From Octopus sinensis (Eukaryota): a stretch of DNA of 64,000 nucleotides. The position numbers were made by a program, and so were the translations under genes. The first letter of the stretch is position 1; each line of letters begins with the position of its first letter. Shown one piece after another: positions 40,008 to 52,100 of this stretch. The DNA lies in the NCBI RefSeq assembly GCF_006345805.1, contig NC_042999.1, forward strand, positions 22,940,001 through 23,004,000, read 5' to 3'. The notes beneath the pieces are model-generated. The model was given only the letters and a program-made list of their open reading frames with translations, searched no databases and was not told where the DNA came from.

Positions 40008-41181
40008 ATGCCCTGATGCAGTACCATGCCCTGATGCAGTACCAGGCAGTGGCTCTCATGGCTTCTGATCTTAACTGATTGGAAGTGTTATCAAATACAT
40101 TGTTTTGTCTTGGTATAAAGATGAGCTACAGCAAATATTCTGCTCAATACCACAGTTGATTTTGTCAGTTGTTTGACTTTAACCAGTTGAGCATGTCCCT
40201 TAGTGGCTGACGATATGTGCATCTCTGATCACGAGCAGAAGTAGTGGGGGAGCATCATAGCCATGTGTTGAGAGGGATTCTTTGGAGTTTGAATAATTCA
40301 CCTCTGGAAACATGGGTGGTTCTTTCAACATCCTTAAACAACCTTTATTCAGGGACCTTTTGAGCGGGATGGGCAACTCAACCTGAAGAAAATTCTAACT
40401 GGCCCCAACTGCAAGGTCATGTGCTGTTTATCTTGATATGAGATCACCATGTCGCGCACATATGGTTGTGATGCATGTGCTGGTGTACCCTTATCAGACG
40501 GGTAGTCATGATGGGTATATTGGGCTTCGTATATTTCATCCCAGTGTCACTTTGATGGCATGAACTGCTCTCTCACTCAATAATAATAATAATAATAATA
40601 ATGATGATAATGATAATAATAATGCCCTGATGCAGTACCAGGCAGTGGCTCTCATGGCTTCTGATCTTAACTGATTGGAAGTGTTATCATGTACATTGTT
40701 TTGTCTTGGTATAAAAGATGGGCTACAGCAAATATTCTGCTCAATACCACAGATTTGCTTGTCAGTTGTTTGACTTTAACCAGTTGAGCATGTCCCTTAG
40801 TGGCTGACGATGTGTGCATCTCTGATCACGAGCAGAAGTAGTGGGGGAGCATCATAGCCATGTGTTGAGAGGGATTCTTTGGAGTTTGAATAATTCACCT
40901 CTGGAAACATGGGTGGTTCTTTCAACATCCTTAAACAACCCTTATTCAGGGACCTTTTGAGCGGGATGGGCAACTCAACCTGAAGAAAATTCTAACTGGG
41001 CCCCAACTGCAAGGTCATGTGCTGTTTATCTTGATATGAGATCACCATGTCGCGCACATATGGTTGTGATGCATGTGCCTGGTGTACCCTTATCAGACGG
41101 GTAGTCATGATGGGTATATTGGGCTTCGTATATTTCATCCCAGTGTCACTTTGATGGCATGAACTGCTCTCTCACTCAATA

Positions 41182-41216
<35 letters not shown>

Positions 41217-41776
41217 AATAATGCCCTGATGCAGTACCAGGCAGTGGCTCTCATGGCTTCTGATCTTAACTGATTGGAAGTGTTATCATGTACATTGTTT
41301 TGTCTTGGTATAAAAGATGGGCTACAGCAAATATTCTGCTCAATACCACAGATTTGCTTGTCAGTTGTATGACCTTAACCAGTTGAGCATGTCCCTTAGT
41401 GGCTGACGATATGTTCATCTCTGATCACGCGCAGAAGTAGTGGGGGAGCATCATAGCCGTGTGTTGAGAGGGATTGTTAGGGGTTTGAATAATTCACCTC
41501 TGGAAACATGGGTGTTTCGTTCAACATCCTTAAACAACCCTTATTCAGGGGCCTTTCGAGTGGGATGGGTTACTCGACCTGAAGAAAATTCTAACTGGGC
41601 CCCACCTGCAAGGTCATGTGCTGTTTATCTTGATATGAGATCATCATGTCGCGCACACATGGTTGTGATGCATGTGCCTAGTGTACCCTTATCAGACGGG
41701 TAGTCATGGTGGGTATACTGGGCTTCGTATATTTTACCCCAGTGTCACTTTGATGGCATGCATTGCTCTCTCACTC
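40008..41776 (+). mobile_element. Three head-to-tail copies of the 556-bp element separated by (AAT)n
   Basis: Units at 40008-40578, 40622-41177 and 41221-41776 have identical termini. Confidence 0.92.
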
Positions 41777-41835
<59 letters not shown>

Positions 41836-41850
41836 TGATGATGATGATGG

Positions 41851-41908
<58 letters not shown>

Positions 41909-42069
41909 AATAATAATAATGATAATGATAAAGAAGAAGAAATTATCAAAACTATTATAAAATGTGCATAATAGCAAACACCTTTTAAGATCGTAAGATT
42001 ACACTATCATCTTTATCAGATTACTTTTAAAGCATACTTTGAAAACAAGCGTTTGATTTTCTTATGTTA

Positions 42070-42218
42070 TGACAGATATACTCTAGAACAATAGTCTGTG
42101 CAAAACCAAAAATATGGTATCCTAGTGGTAGCATCAACTTGAACGTCTAACTTGTCTCTTGAGGTCTCTGGGTGAGACTTGGAGTCAAATTGTACAAATA
42201 GAAAGCAAAAGCCAAACA
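42070..42218 (+). mobile_element. 3' UTR fragment of an R4/Dong-like family
   Basis: gtctcttgaggtctctgggtgagacttggag...gcaaaagccaaacata matches 39900-39967 and is followed by (aat)n. Confidence 0.75.
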
Positions 42219-42219
42219 T

Positions 42220-42290
<71 letters not shown>

Positions 42291-42291
<1 letters not shown>

Positions 42292-42432
42292 TGGAAATAA
42301 TAAGGGCCGCAATAAGGCTAGAGCACTTGCAGAAAAGGGCACTGCTTGGAACCACTCTAATACTCCGGAAGGTGCTCGAAAAATAATGAACTGCGATAGG
42401 TAATCCCCGATATGGCAAGAGATTATTGTACA

Positions 42433-42434
<2 letters not shown>
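42291..42434 (+). mobile_element. 3' end of another R4/Dong-like family, (AAT)n on both sides
   Basis: IRLEHLQKRALLGTTLILRKVLEK* followed by a short 3' UTR. Confidence 0.75.
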
Positions 42435-42518
<84 letters not shown>

Positions 42519-42534
42519 AAGAAGAAGAAGAATG

Positions 42535-42599
<65 letters not shown>

Positions 42600-42638
42600 A
42601 ATGATGATGATAATATAATAATAATAATAATAATAGTA

Positions 42639-42695
<57 letters not shown>

Positions 42696-42817
42696 TCAAC
42701 AACAACAGCGACAAATAAACTTATTCATAATTATTATACCTGCTAATGATTAAGTTGTTTGTCATTCACAATTTTCGTTTTATTTCTTTCTTTTATTCTT
42801 TCTTTTAATCACCCTAG

Positions 42818-43027
42818 GCTGCTGTGATGCTGATGCACAATGACAAGATGGTAGTAACTATTTGGGCGGAAAGTATCCCTACTTGGTCCTCAGCCTCAGG
42901 TGGTGCCATATTGCACTTGAAACGCGGCGACGAGGTGTGGTGCGAGGCTTTGCAGCGTGCTTCGTTTTTATCTGGATACCTGTATACTACATTCTCCGGC
43001 CACATTCTCTTTGCTGACGAAGAATAA
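42818..43027 (+). CDS. C1q domain-containing protein, terminal coding exon
   Basis: Long pyrimidine tract and accctag|gct acceptor, phase 0, compatible with the previous exon. Translation AAVMLMHNDKMVVTIW...SASGGAILHLKRGDEVW...TTFSGHILFADEE* has the gC1q C-terminal motifs (S.S....L.L..GD.VW; TFSG.L). Confidence 0.9.
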   Translation, partial: AAVMLMHNDKMVVTIWAESIPTWSSASGGAILHLKRGDEVWCEALQRASFLSGYLYTTFSGHILFADEE

Positions 43028-43048
43028 CCAGCCAATGAGGCGTGAGAA

Positions 43049-43099
<51 letters not shown>

Positions 43100-43106
43100 A
43101 TGCACG

Positions 43107-43148
<42 letters not shown>

Positions 43149-43430
43149 CAGATGCGCACTCGCATGTAAACATATACGCTCGTATATTGATACCTTGCGC
43201 TGAATTCCTTGAAAGATCAACATGACAAAAATAAAATAAAATAAAATAAAATAAAATAAAATGAATAAATAAAAAAGACAAAAAGCAACAACAAAAACCT
43301 AAAATGTTATTGAAAAATATATAAACAAAACCAAAGCATTTACAACAACAAAAAACAAAAAACAAAATACCAAGTGGAGAAAACAGCGAATACACACGTA
43401 TATATACATATATATATTATATATATATAT

Positions 43431-43478
<48 letters not shown>

Positions 43479-43512
43479 TATATATAATATATATCTATTA
43501 TATGTATGTATA

Positions 43513-43557
<45 letters not shown>

Positions 43558-43615
43558 CTATATGTATGTATGTATATATATAAATATATTTATGTAGATG
43601 TATATAATATGTATG

Positions 43616-43654
<39 letters not shown>

Positions 43655-44437
43655 CTATATATATATATTATATATCATATATATATATATATATATAGAT
43701 ATATATATATATTACGTATACACACATACACATACACACACACAATATCAACAGAGAAGAAAGACTCAAAATATGTTTTGCTGATCTGACATCCAATCCT
43801 CAATGCTGCCTAATTAGCATTTTCAGTCTTTCTTTTTGTTAATTGCTTTCCATCTTGGAGTAATATGCATTAAGAATGTATGTGCCATATATGGACAGAT
43901 AAAACGTCACGAGGCATTTGAGAGAACAACATATTTCTCTTATCATTGAAAACGTTCTGAGTACAAGAATAAAACTGCAAATAAGGAGAGAAAACAATGC
44001 GCAAAAGCAATAAGAAGAAAAATTATAATATCAACAGAATTATCGTTGTCTACTGTTGCTGTTTAAATGACTAGTAACTGCTTCGGTTATTTCTATCATT
44101 CATAAAAACCATTTTCACCTAGACATCATGACGAACGGCCTCGGCGACCATGACGTTCGCGACTACAACGACGACGATGAAGACGAAGATGGTGGTGGCG
44201 GTGATAGTAGTGGTGGTGGTAGGAGGTGGTGGTGAGGTTGTCAGCAACGACAAGGACGACGAAGATGGGCATGCTGACGACGATGGTGCATTACCATCGT
44301 CATGAGGATGCTGATGAGGATGATGATGATGATGATAATGATGATGGTACACCGCCACCATCATGGCGATAATGATGACAATGATGATGATGATGATGAT
44401 GATGGTAATCGTGTTGATGATGGTAATGATGATGACA

Positions 44438-44470
<33 letters not shown>

Positions 44471-44978
44471 GTAATGGCATTATCTGTAGATAAACTTCAT
44501 AGTGTTTAAACTGTTAACAAGAAAAACAAACAAACCTACAAAAACAAAACACTGTACAATGATGTGAAAACAAAAGAAGAAAAAAAAAACAAAAGAAAAG
44601 AGCAAAATGACGTAAACAGTAATTATAAAACAAAAATTGTAATTAATTTAATTACAAAATACTTGGACGTTATTATATACAAATTTACAGCAGTAATGAG
44701 GTTATACTTAATTTTACACCTAAGTACATTTTGGTCTTTCGGTTGTGAAAATTCAATATATGTAGAATTATAGATTTCATACACTCAAAGAGTAAGAATC
44801 GACACATAGTTAAACCAACGCAAAATATGGAAAAGCGATTAACAGAACTATTGTAAAATAGACAGATAGTTCGTCTATTATTTCCATGTAGTATGAAGCC
44901 ATAAAAAGGCTATATATGCGTATACATATATATATATATATAGAAAATAGTAAAAAGTGACATACCAACTTTCTCACC

Positions 44979-45017
<39 letters not shown>

Positions 45018-45684
45018 GTGTGTATGTGTGTGTGTGTGTGTGTATGTAAGCAGTAACTCCATAATCGTTTCCTACGGCCTAGTCGAAACATCGATGAATA
45101 ATTCCATTTGTTTGGTTTTCTGCCAATACAACTATGATTTGAATAATAAAAGCAAAATTGCTTGGCAGACACTTATTGAGATGCATAATATCGGAACCGA
45201 TGCTCACAAGCGAACCTGCATAAACACACATAGATTTGATTCTAAGCCCATATATATAAATAATGTATGTGCGTATGTATATATACATACATATATACAG
45301 ATATGTATTTCTATATATGTGGATGTATGTGCACATACACAGTAATGAAGACGAAAAGAATGGATAATTTGTGTTACTACTCACGTTTTAGTTGCAAAAT
45401 TTATTATTAAAACAATGCATGTAACGACGCGCATGATCAGATAACGTTATGCAATAATGAACGTGTTTTTCATAAACTGCCACGTCTTCAGGTGATACTT
45501 CATTAGAAGTTCATTAGGCGATATGCCAACGAAGGGAGAATGGTGGTATATGAAATTTCAAGTGAAAGAGAATTAGATATACAGATTTATTCATTTGGAG
45601 CGGGGTGGGGTGATTCATATAGAGTCATGAAGGAGGCAATCAAAATCGTTAACTTCACAGCATAAACAGATTCATTAGATTCAG

Positions 45685-45717
<33 letters not shown>

Positions 45718-45733
45718 CACACACACGAAACAC

Positions 45734-45799
<66 letters not shown>

Positions 45800-46094
45800 T
45801 ATATAATGTTATATTTTCGCATATTATAATAGCTTATATACACCCTCTGTTTAGATGTATGTCGGCTTTGATGAGGAGTAGGATTTACCTTGAAATTGTC
45901 TCCCTCGAATTTCTAATTATACTTAATATATATATATATATAGACGACATAGAAATATATATATCTACATATATATATACATATTATATATATTACATAT
46001 AGATATGTATATATATACATATGTAATATACATACATATACATAATATATATATATATATATATTATAATATATATATATATATATATATATGT

Positions 46095-46126
<32 letters not shown>

Positions 46127-46445
46127 GAAAATAAAGCTGCTTTCGTCTGAGTCATTTCTGATTATCTGTGTATGCGAGATCGTGGGTTCGGTTCCCAGAC
46201 CAGGCATCGCGTCGTGTTCTTGAGCAAGGCGCTTCATTTCACGTTGCTCTGCGAACATTTCGTCATCTGACATGCGGCACACGGTGCACCTGTACAGGTA
46301 ATGTCGATTTGAGGAAGGGAATAAGTTTATGTGTACACAAACATTTGATCAATCACTATAAACACATCATCTGTGTGTGGTTGTTGAGCAAAAATTGCAG
46401 AACCCTCGTACATCGTTTGACAACGGGAGAGGCCATGAATATATC

Positions 46446-46511
<66 letters not shown>

Positions 46512-47170
46512 TATACATATACATATACACATACATACAACCACCGATCTTATTTAACTGCATACACTAACAATCTTCAGGCATCATACAATATATATAT
46601 ATATATGATAAACTTCATAGGAAAATGGATAGTTGCCTCACAAATATATTCAAACATCATGCATCGATCTATAAATATTTTTAGACAATTGAGAAACAGA
46701 CACACACCGAAACACGAATTATATTAGCTATAAGACTTTTTGGTGAAGCCAGTTCAAACATATTCCACTACAGAAAAGAAGCCAGTTATGTTATAAACAA
46801 ATTCCTGTATCTAACATAAATATATAGTCTTCAAAAGTTGTGTATTCTTTAATATAGATGTATATGTTCATAGATATAATATACATATTTATTATTATGT
46901 AGAGCGAAACATTTACATTTTACACATTCTGTCAGTATATTTAGTGTACACATTTTGTTTCTTTCGGAAATAGTGGAGTCATAACAATAACAACAACAAA
47001 AAAATAATGAAATAAAGCTAAAATAAAAAAATAAACTTATAGAATACCTCGCAATATCTTCACCTGCTGATATCAATGAAAACTGGCCGACTTAAAATAA
47101 ATCAATATAATGATGTGTGTGTATATGTGTGCATGCGTGTATATATGTATATATGAATATACATACATGC

Positions 47171-47203
<33 letters not shown>

Positions 47204-47525
47204 ATATATATATACTTGTATATATAAATATGTATATTCATATGTATATATACGTTCATAAATACACACATATATATATGTGTGTGTGTTATATATCCAT
47301 ATGTATGCATATGTACATATATAGGCGTGTAAGACACAAATGCATATTGTATGCTTAAATATATGTGCAAATATGCAATACATACACCTACATATATATA
47401 GATACAAATACATATATATATACATACATATATATACATATACATACATATATATATGTACATATATATACATACATGTATATATATGCAAATATATACA
47501 TACATATATATACATATATATATAT

Positions 47526-47577
<52 letters not shown>

Positions 47578-47715
47578 GCATACATACATGCATAATAAAT
47601 ATATTATATATCTGATATATATATATATGTGTGGTGTATATAAAATATATAATAATAATATATATATATATGTATATGTATAATATATATATAAGTATAT
47701 ATATACATATATATA

Positions 47716-47768
<53 letters not shown>

Positions 47769-48791
47769 ATGTATCAAATATATTAAGAAAATATACCAAA
47801 ATATTGCATTCACAAAGAGATATTCTTCGAAATACCACACACACACACACACAATCTTTACAACCTCAATATTAGACCTTTTATAGAGAGCAATAAAATT
47901 TATTCATTTACGTTTGTTTATAAGTGTTTCTGTGTCTTTTTACGAATGTATTAGACAAAAACGTATTATATAATTATATAATTTATACATAATATATAAT
48001 TTTAGACAAGAATAAATAAATATATATATATATATAGTTTCTTTTTTGTCTGTTTATTTTCATTTTTTTTTTTTCGGTACGATAATGACAGAGTATATAT
48101 ACAAGAGGATGTTGTGTTTGTCAATAAAAGTATAAATTGGTAACAAGAAGAAGTAAAAAAAAAAAAAAAACAAAAATAAACAGAAAAAAATAATGAAGAA
48201 ATTTAACAATGAATTTACATCGTTATATTAACGCTGACTCGGTGCCGTCATATTGCGCCAAAATCGATGCGGTGTCAGGAATGATGGTAAAAATATGTCC
48301 CTGATGTTTCAAATAGCCTGAATGCGAGGTCACGCAAAAATAACAACAATGATAATAATCATACTATTCATAACAATAAAGATGATGAAAAAGAAGAAAA
48401 AAAAAATGAAGAAAAGAAAAAAACAACATAAATAACAACAACAACAACAACAGCAACAAACACGACTATAACAACAACTAAACCCACAAAAGACTTTGTC
48501 ACTTTTTACAATTTTTACTCCATTCTTGTACCCATCATTCGTCAATAAAAAATGCTGTTTTCCGAAATCTATGTGTTTTTTGAGTTATTATTATTATAAT
48601 TATTATTATTATTAACGGACAAAATGCTTAGCGGCATTTCGTCCGACCTTACATTCTGAGTTCAAATTCCGTCGAGGTCGACTTTGCTTTTCATCTTTTC
48701 GGGTTCGATAAATTAAGTACCAGCAGAATATAATCGACATTCCTCCTCCCAAAAAATATCAGGCTTTGTGCCTAAAGTAGGAAGGATTATG

Positions 48792-48827
<36 letters not shown>

Positions 48828-48858
48828 ATTAGTAGTGGTGGTAGTGGTGATGGTGGAG

Positions 48859-48916
<58 letters not shown>

Positions 48917-48918
<2 letters not shown>

Positions 48919-49458
48919 TTGAGTGAAAGAGTAGCACAATCCATCAGAGTGATGCTAGGGTGCAAATATACTCATCATGACCACCCATCTTATAAGGGTA
49001 CACCAGGCACATGCATCACAAACATATGTGCGTGACATGGTGATCGCATATCAAGATTAACAGCCTATGACCTTGCAGGTGGGTCCCAGTTAGAATTCTC
49101 TTCAGGTCGAGTAGCCCACTCAGCTCGAAAGGTCCTTGAATAAGGGTTGTTTAATGATGAACGAAACACCCATGTTTCCAGAGATGAAATATCCAAACTC
49201 CAAAGAATTCTTCTCAACACATGGTTATGATGCTCCCCTATTACCCCTGCTCGTGATCAGAGATGTACACATCGTCAGCTACTAAGAAACACGCTCAACT
49301 GGTTATGGTCAAACAATTAACAAGCAAATCTGTGGTATTGAGCAGAATATTTGCTGTAGCCCATCTTTTATACCAAGACAAAACAATGTATATGATAACA
49401 CTTCCAATCGGTTAAGATCAGAAGCCATGAGAGCCACTGCCTGGTACTGCATCAAGGC

Positions 49459-49460
<2 letters not shown>
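48917..49460 (-). mobile_element. About 556-bp (AAT)n-associated element, copy 6 (more diverged)
   Basis: Reverse complement of the same unit, with (tta)n at 49461-49522 and (gta)n at the 3' side. Confidence 0.85.
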
Positions 49461-49524
<64 letters not shown>

Positions 49525-49774
49525 GGCAACAAGCTGACAGAATTGATAACACGCCAGAGAAAATGCTTTGCGGGATTTCGCTCGTCTACACGTTCTGAGT
49601 TCAAATTCTGCGGACAGCGACTTTGCCTTTCATCCTATTCGAGTTGATAAAATAAGTATTATTTGAGCACTGGGGTCGATGCAGTCCCTCTCCACAAATC
49701 GCAATCGACTAAATCCCTCCCCCCAAAATGCTGCCCTTGTGCCAAAATTTGAAACCATGATAACTTAATAACTG

Positions 49775-49816
<42 letters not shown>

Positions 49817-50464
49817 TTGCTGCTGCTGCTGCTACCACTACTACAGAATGTTGTGCGTGTGAGTTATTGGTGTTATCGGTTATCGCTTATATGAGCCTAT
49901 AAGTCGGCGAGCTGGCTGAATCGTAGGCACGTCGGACAAAATGCCTACAGCATTTCGTCCATTTTTACGTTCTGCGTTAAAATTCTGCACCGAGGCTGAC
50001 TTTGCCTTTCATCCTTTGAGGGTCGATGAAATAAGTACCAGTTTAGCACTCTGGCCTATTGTAGAAAGGATTATGTAATCCTATATATTTTAGCGGTCAT
50101 TTAAGTATGTTGGGGTTATTTTGTGTCATATTGCTTGGTGGTGATTCGGTTGAACATGTGTTGTGTCAGTTTATTGGGTAGTTATAGTATTGAGTATGTT
50201 TTGTTACTACAGAGTGAATTATTTTATTTGTATTATTGAATTGAATATGTTTTGCTCATATATCTGTGGGTGGATTTCGATTGTGTTTCTTCAGTTTTGA
50301 ATAGATTGAGAGAACGTTGGATTCTGGCAAAATCTAGGATTGAAAAAATATGAGAAATATATAGTATCTTTGTTGAGAATTTAGCAACATTTAAGTTATA
50401 AGGAGAAATGTCTCATATGTAGCTTAAGAATTCTCTTATATAATTCATACCTAATATTTCATGT

Positions 50465-50670
50465 TAGTTAGTTAGTTAGTTAATTTGGCTCAAAAGCAAA
50501 TAGCAAGGCCATGTAGGGGGACATGGAGTTAAGTACAGGGTGGTGTTCATGTAAAGAGTTCAGGCCACTTGAGGTCAAGGGAGGCTTTGAACAAAGCGGT
50601 CGTCGGCATCTTCACCATCTCGTCTGGCAGCTTGTTCCACGGATCCGCAACCCGGACGGAGAAAGCTCGT
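50465..50670 (-). mobile_element. CR1-type LINE 3' fragment with (TAAC)n tail
   Basis: AFSVRVADPWNKLPDEMV...FKASLDLKW fits the CR1/L2 C-terminal pattern WN.LP..VV...FK..LD. Confidence 0.7.
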
Positions 50671-50699
50671 TATTAACGAGGAATTATACCATGTAGTTG

Positions 50700-51020
50700 A
50701 GGGCGCGTGGCTTAGTGGTTAGGGCATTTGGTTCATGATCGTAAGATCGTGAGTTCGATTCCAAGCGACGCGTTGTGTCCTTGAGCAAGACACTTTATTT
50801 CATGTTGCTCCAGTCCACTCAGCCAGCAAAAAATGAGTAGTACCTGTATTTCAAAAGGGCCAGCCTTGTCACATTCTGTGTCACGCTGAATCTCCTTGCG
50901 AACTACGTTAAGGGTACACGTGTCTGTGGAGTGCTCAGCCATTTGCACGTTAATTTCACGAGCAAGCTGTTCCGTTGGTCGTATCACCTGGGACCTTCGT
51001 CGTCGTAACCGACGGAGTGC
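50700..51020 (+). mobile_element. tRNA-derived SINE with CORE-like domain
   Basis: tggcttagtgg and gagttcgattcc boxes followed by tgtgtccttgagcaagacactt. Confidence 0.75.
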
Positions 51021-51249
51021 TCTCATACAATTTTCTTGGGCTATGAATAATATTATGAGCCCAGGCTTAACTTCTATGTTTGTGACCATCGATTTTATTC
51101 TATCCAGTACTCTAATTATCAACGCTACTGTGTAACTTTCATGCCTACATCCTACATATTGTAAGTATAAAACCTTTGTAGATAGAAGGGGGAAAATGTC
51201 AATTGGCATAGTACTAGTTTTAGTTCTAGGCTCTGGCTATTATATCTAA

Positions 51250-51589
51250 AGGGAGAGTTCACGAAAAAAAAAACAACAGACAAAGACAGGTGGTGTAGAA
51301 AACAAATAGATGCATTAGTATAACGCTCATGAATCGAAAAAGTATTTTACATTTCGAGCCTACGCTCTTCTACAGAGAGGGACACAGAAAAAAAAACAAG
51401 GAGAGAAAGACGGAGAGAAAAAAATGTGTGTAGTGGCTACCGATCTATCATGTATTCTGTGTCCCTTTCTGTGGAAGAGCGTAGGCTCGAAATGTAAAAT
51501 ACTTTTTCAGTTCCTGAGCGTTATACTAATACGTCTGTTTGTTTTCTATACCACCTGTCTTCGTCCGTTTTTTTTTGTGAATTCTCCCT
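51250..51589. repeat. Inverted repeat of a Penelope-like terminal sequence
   Basis: The arms share ggaagagcgtaggctcgaaa. Single-arm copies occur at about 13005-13175 and 36850-37050. Confidence 0.8.
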
Positions 51590-51867
51590 ATATATCACAC
51601 GCTCACGTGGTCGCACCAGTTGATCCTGTCATTTCTTATCACACACGAACTTCTCCACTGGACTTTCTACCTATCTACCCTTTACGGATTCTCTTTTTGA
51701 CATTTACATTCCGGCTGCACCTCTCCTACCTATGGATCACTGTGGACTCTACTATTATATCTAAACCAGTTATCTTGGTCTTATAAGCCTAGACTGTCAC
51801 ATTCCAGGAATTGTGGACAGATCGCTGTCATATAGCATTTTTCATATATGCTTATACTGCTCCTGAT

Positions 51868-52100
51868 AAGGCGGCGAGCTGGCAGAAACGTTAGCACGCC
51901 GGGCGAAATGCGTAGCCGTATTATGTCTGCCGTTACGTTCTGAGTTCAAATTCCGCCGAGGTCGACTTTGCCTTTCATCCTTTCGGGGTCGATAAATTAA
52001 GTACCAGTTACGCACTGGGGTCGATGTAATCGACTTAATCCGTTTGTCTGTCCTTGTTTGTCCCCTCTGTGTTTAGCCCCTTGTGGGTAGTAAAGAAATA
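51868..52100 (+). mobile_element. SINE family S2, full length, with TSD
   Basis: 15-bp TSD tatactgctcctgat at 51853-51867 and 52101-52115. Confidence 0.92.

Noticed and set aside
40622-40800. HDV-like ribozyme at the 5' end of the 556-bp element
   Set aside because: I could not assemble the nested double pseudoknot by eye. Left as a computational test and not claimed.
44130-44480. Asp/Gly-rich mini-ORF (MTNGLGDHDVRDYNDDDEDED..)
   Set aside because: Cryptic GAY/GGT trinucleotide repeat, stops early, no splice support.
48270-48310. SECIS-like ATGA..AA..TGA hairpin
   Set aside because: Only 15 nt lie between the quartet halves, too short for helix II, and there is no selenoprotein ORF.
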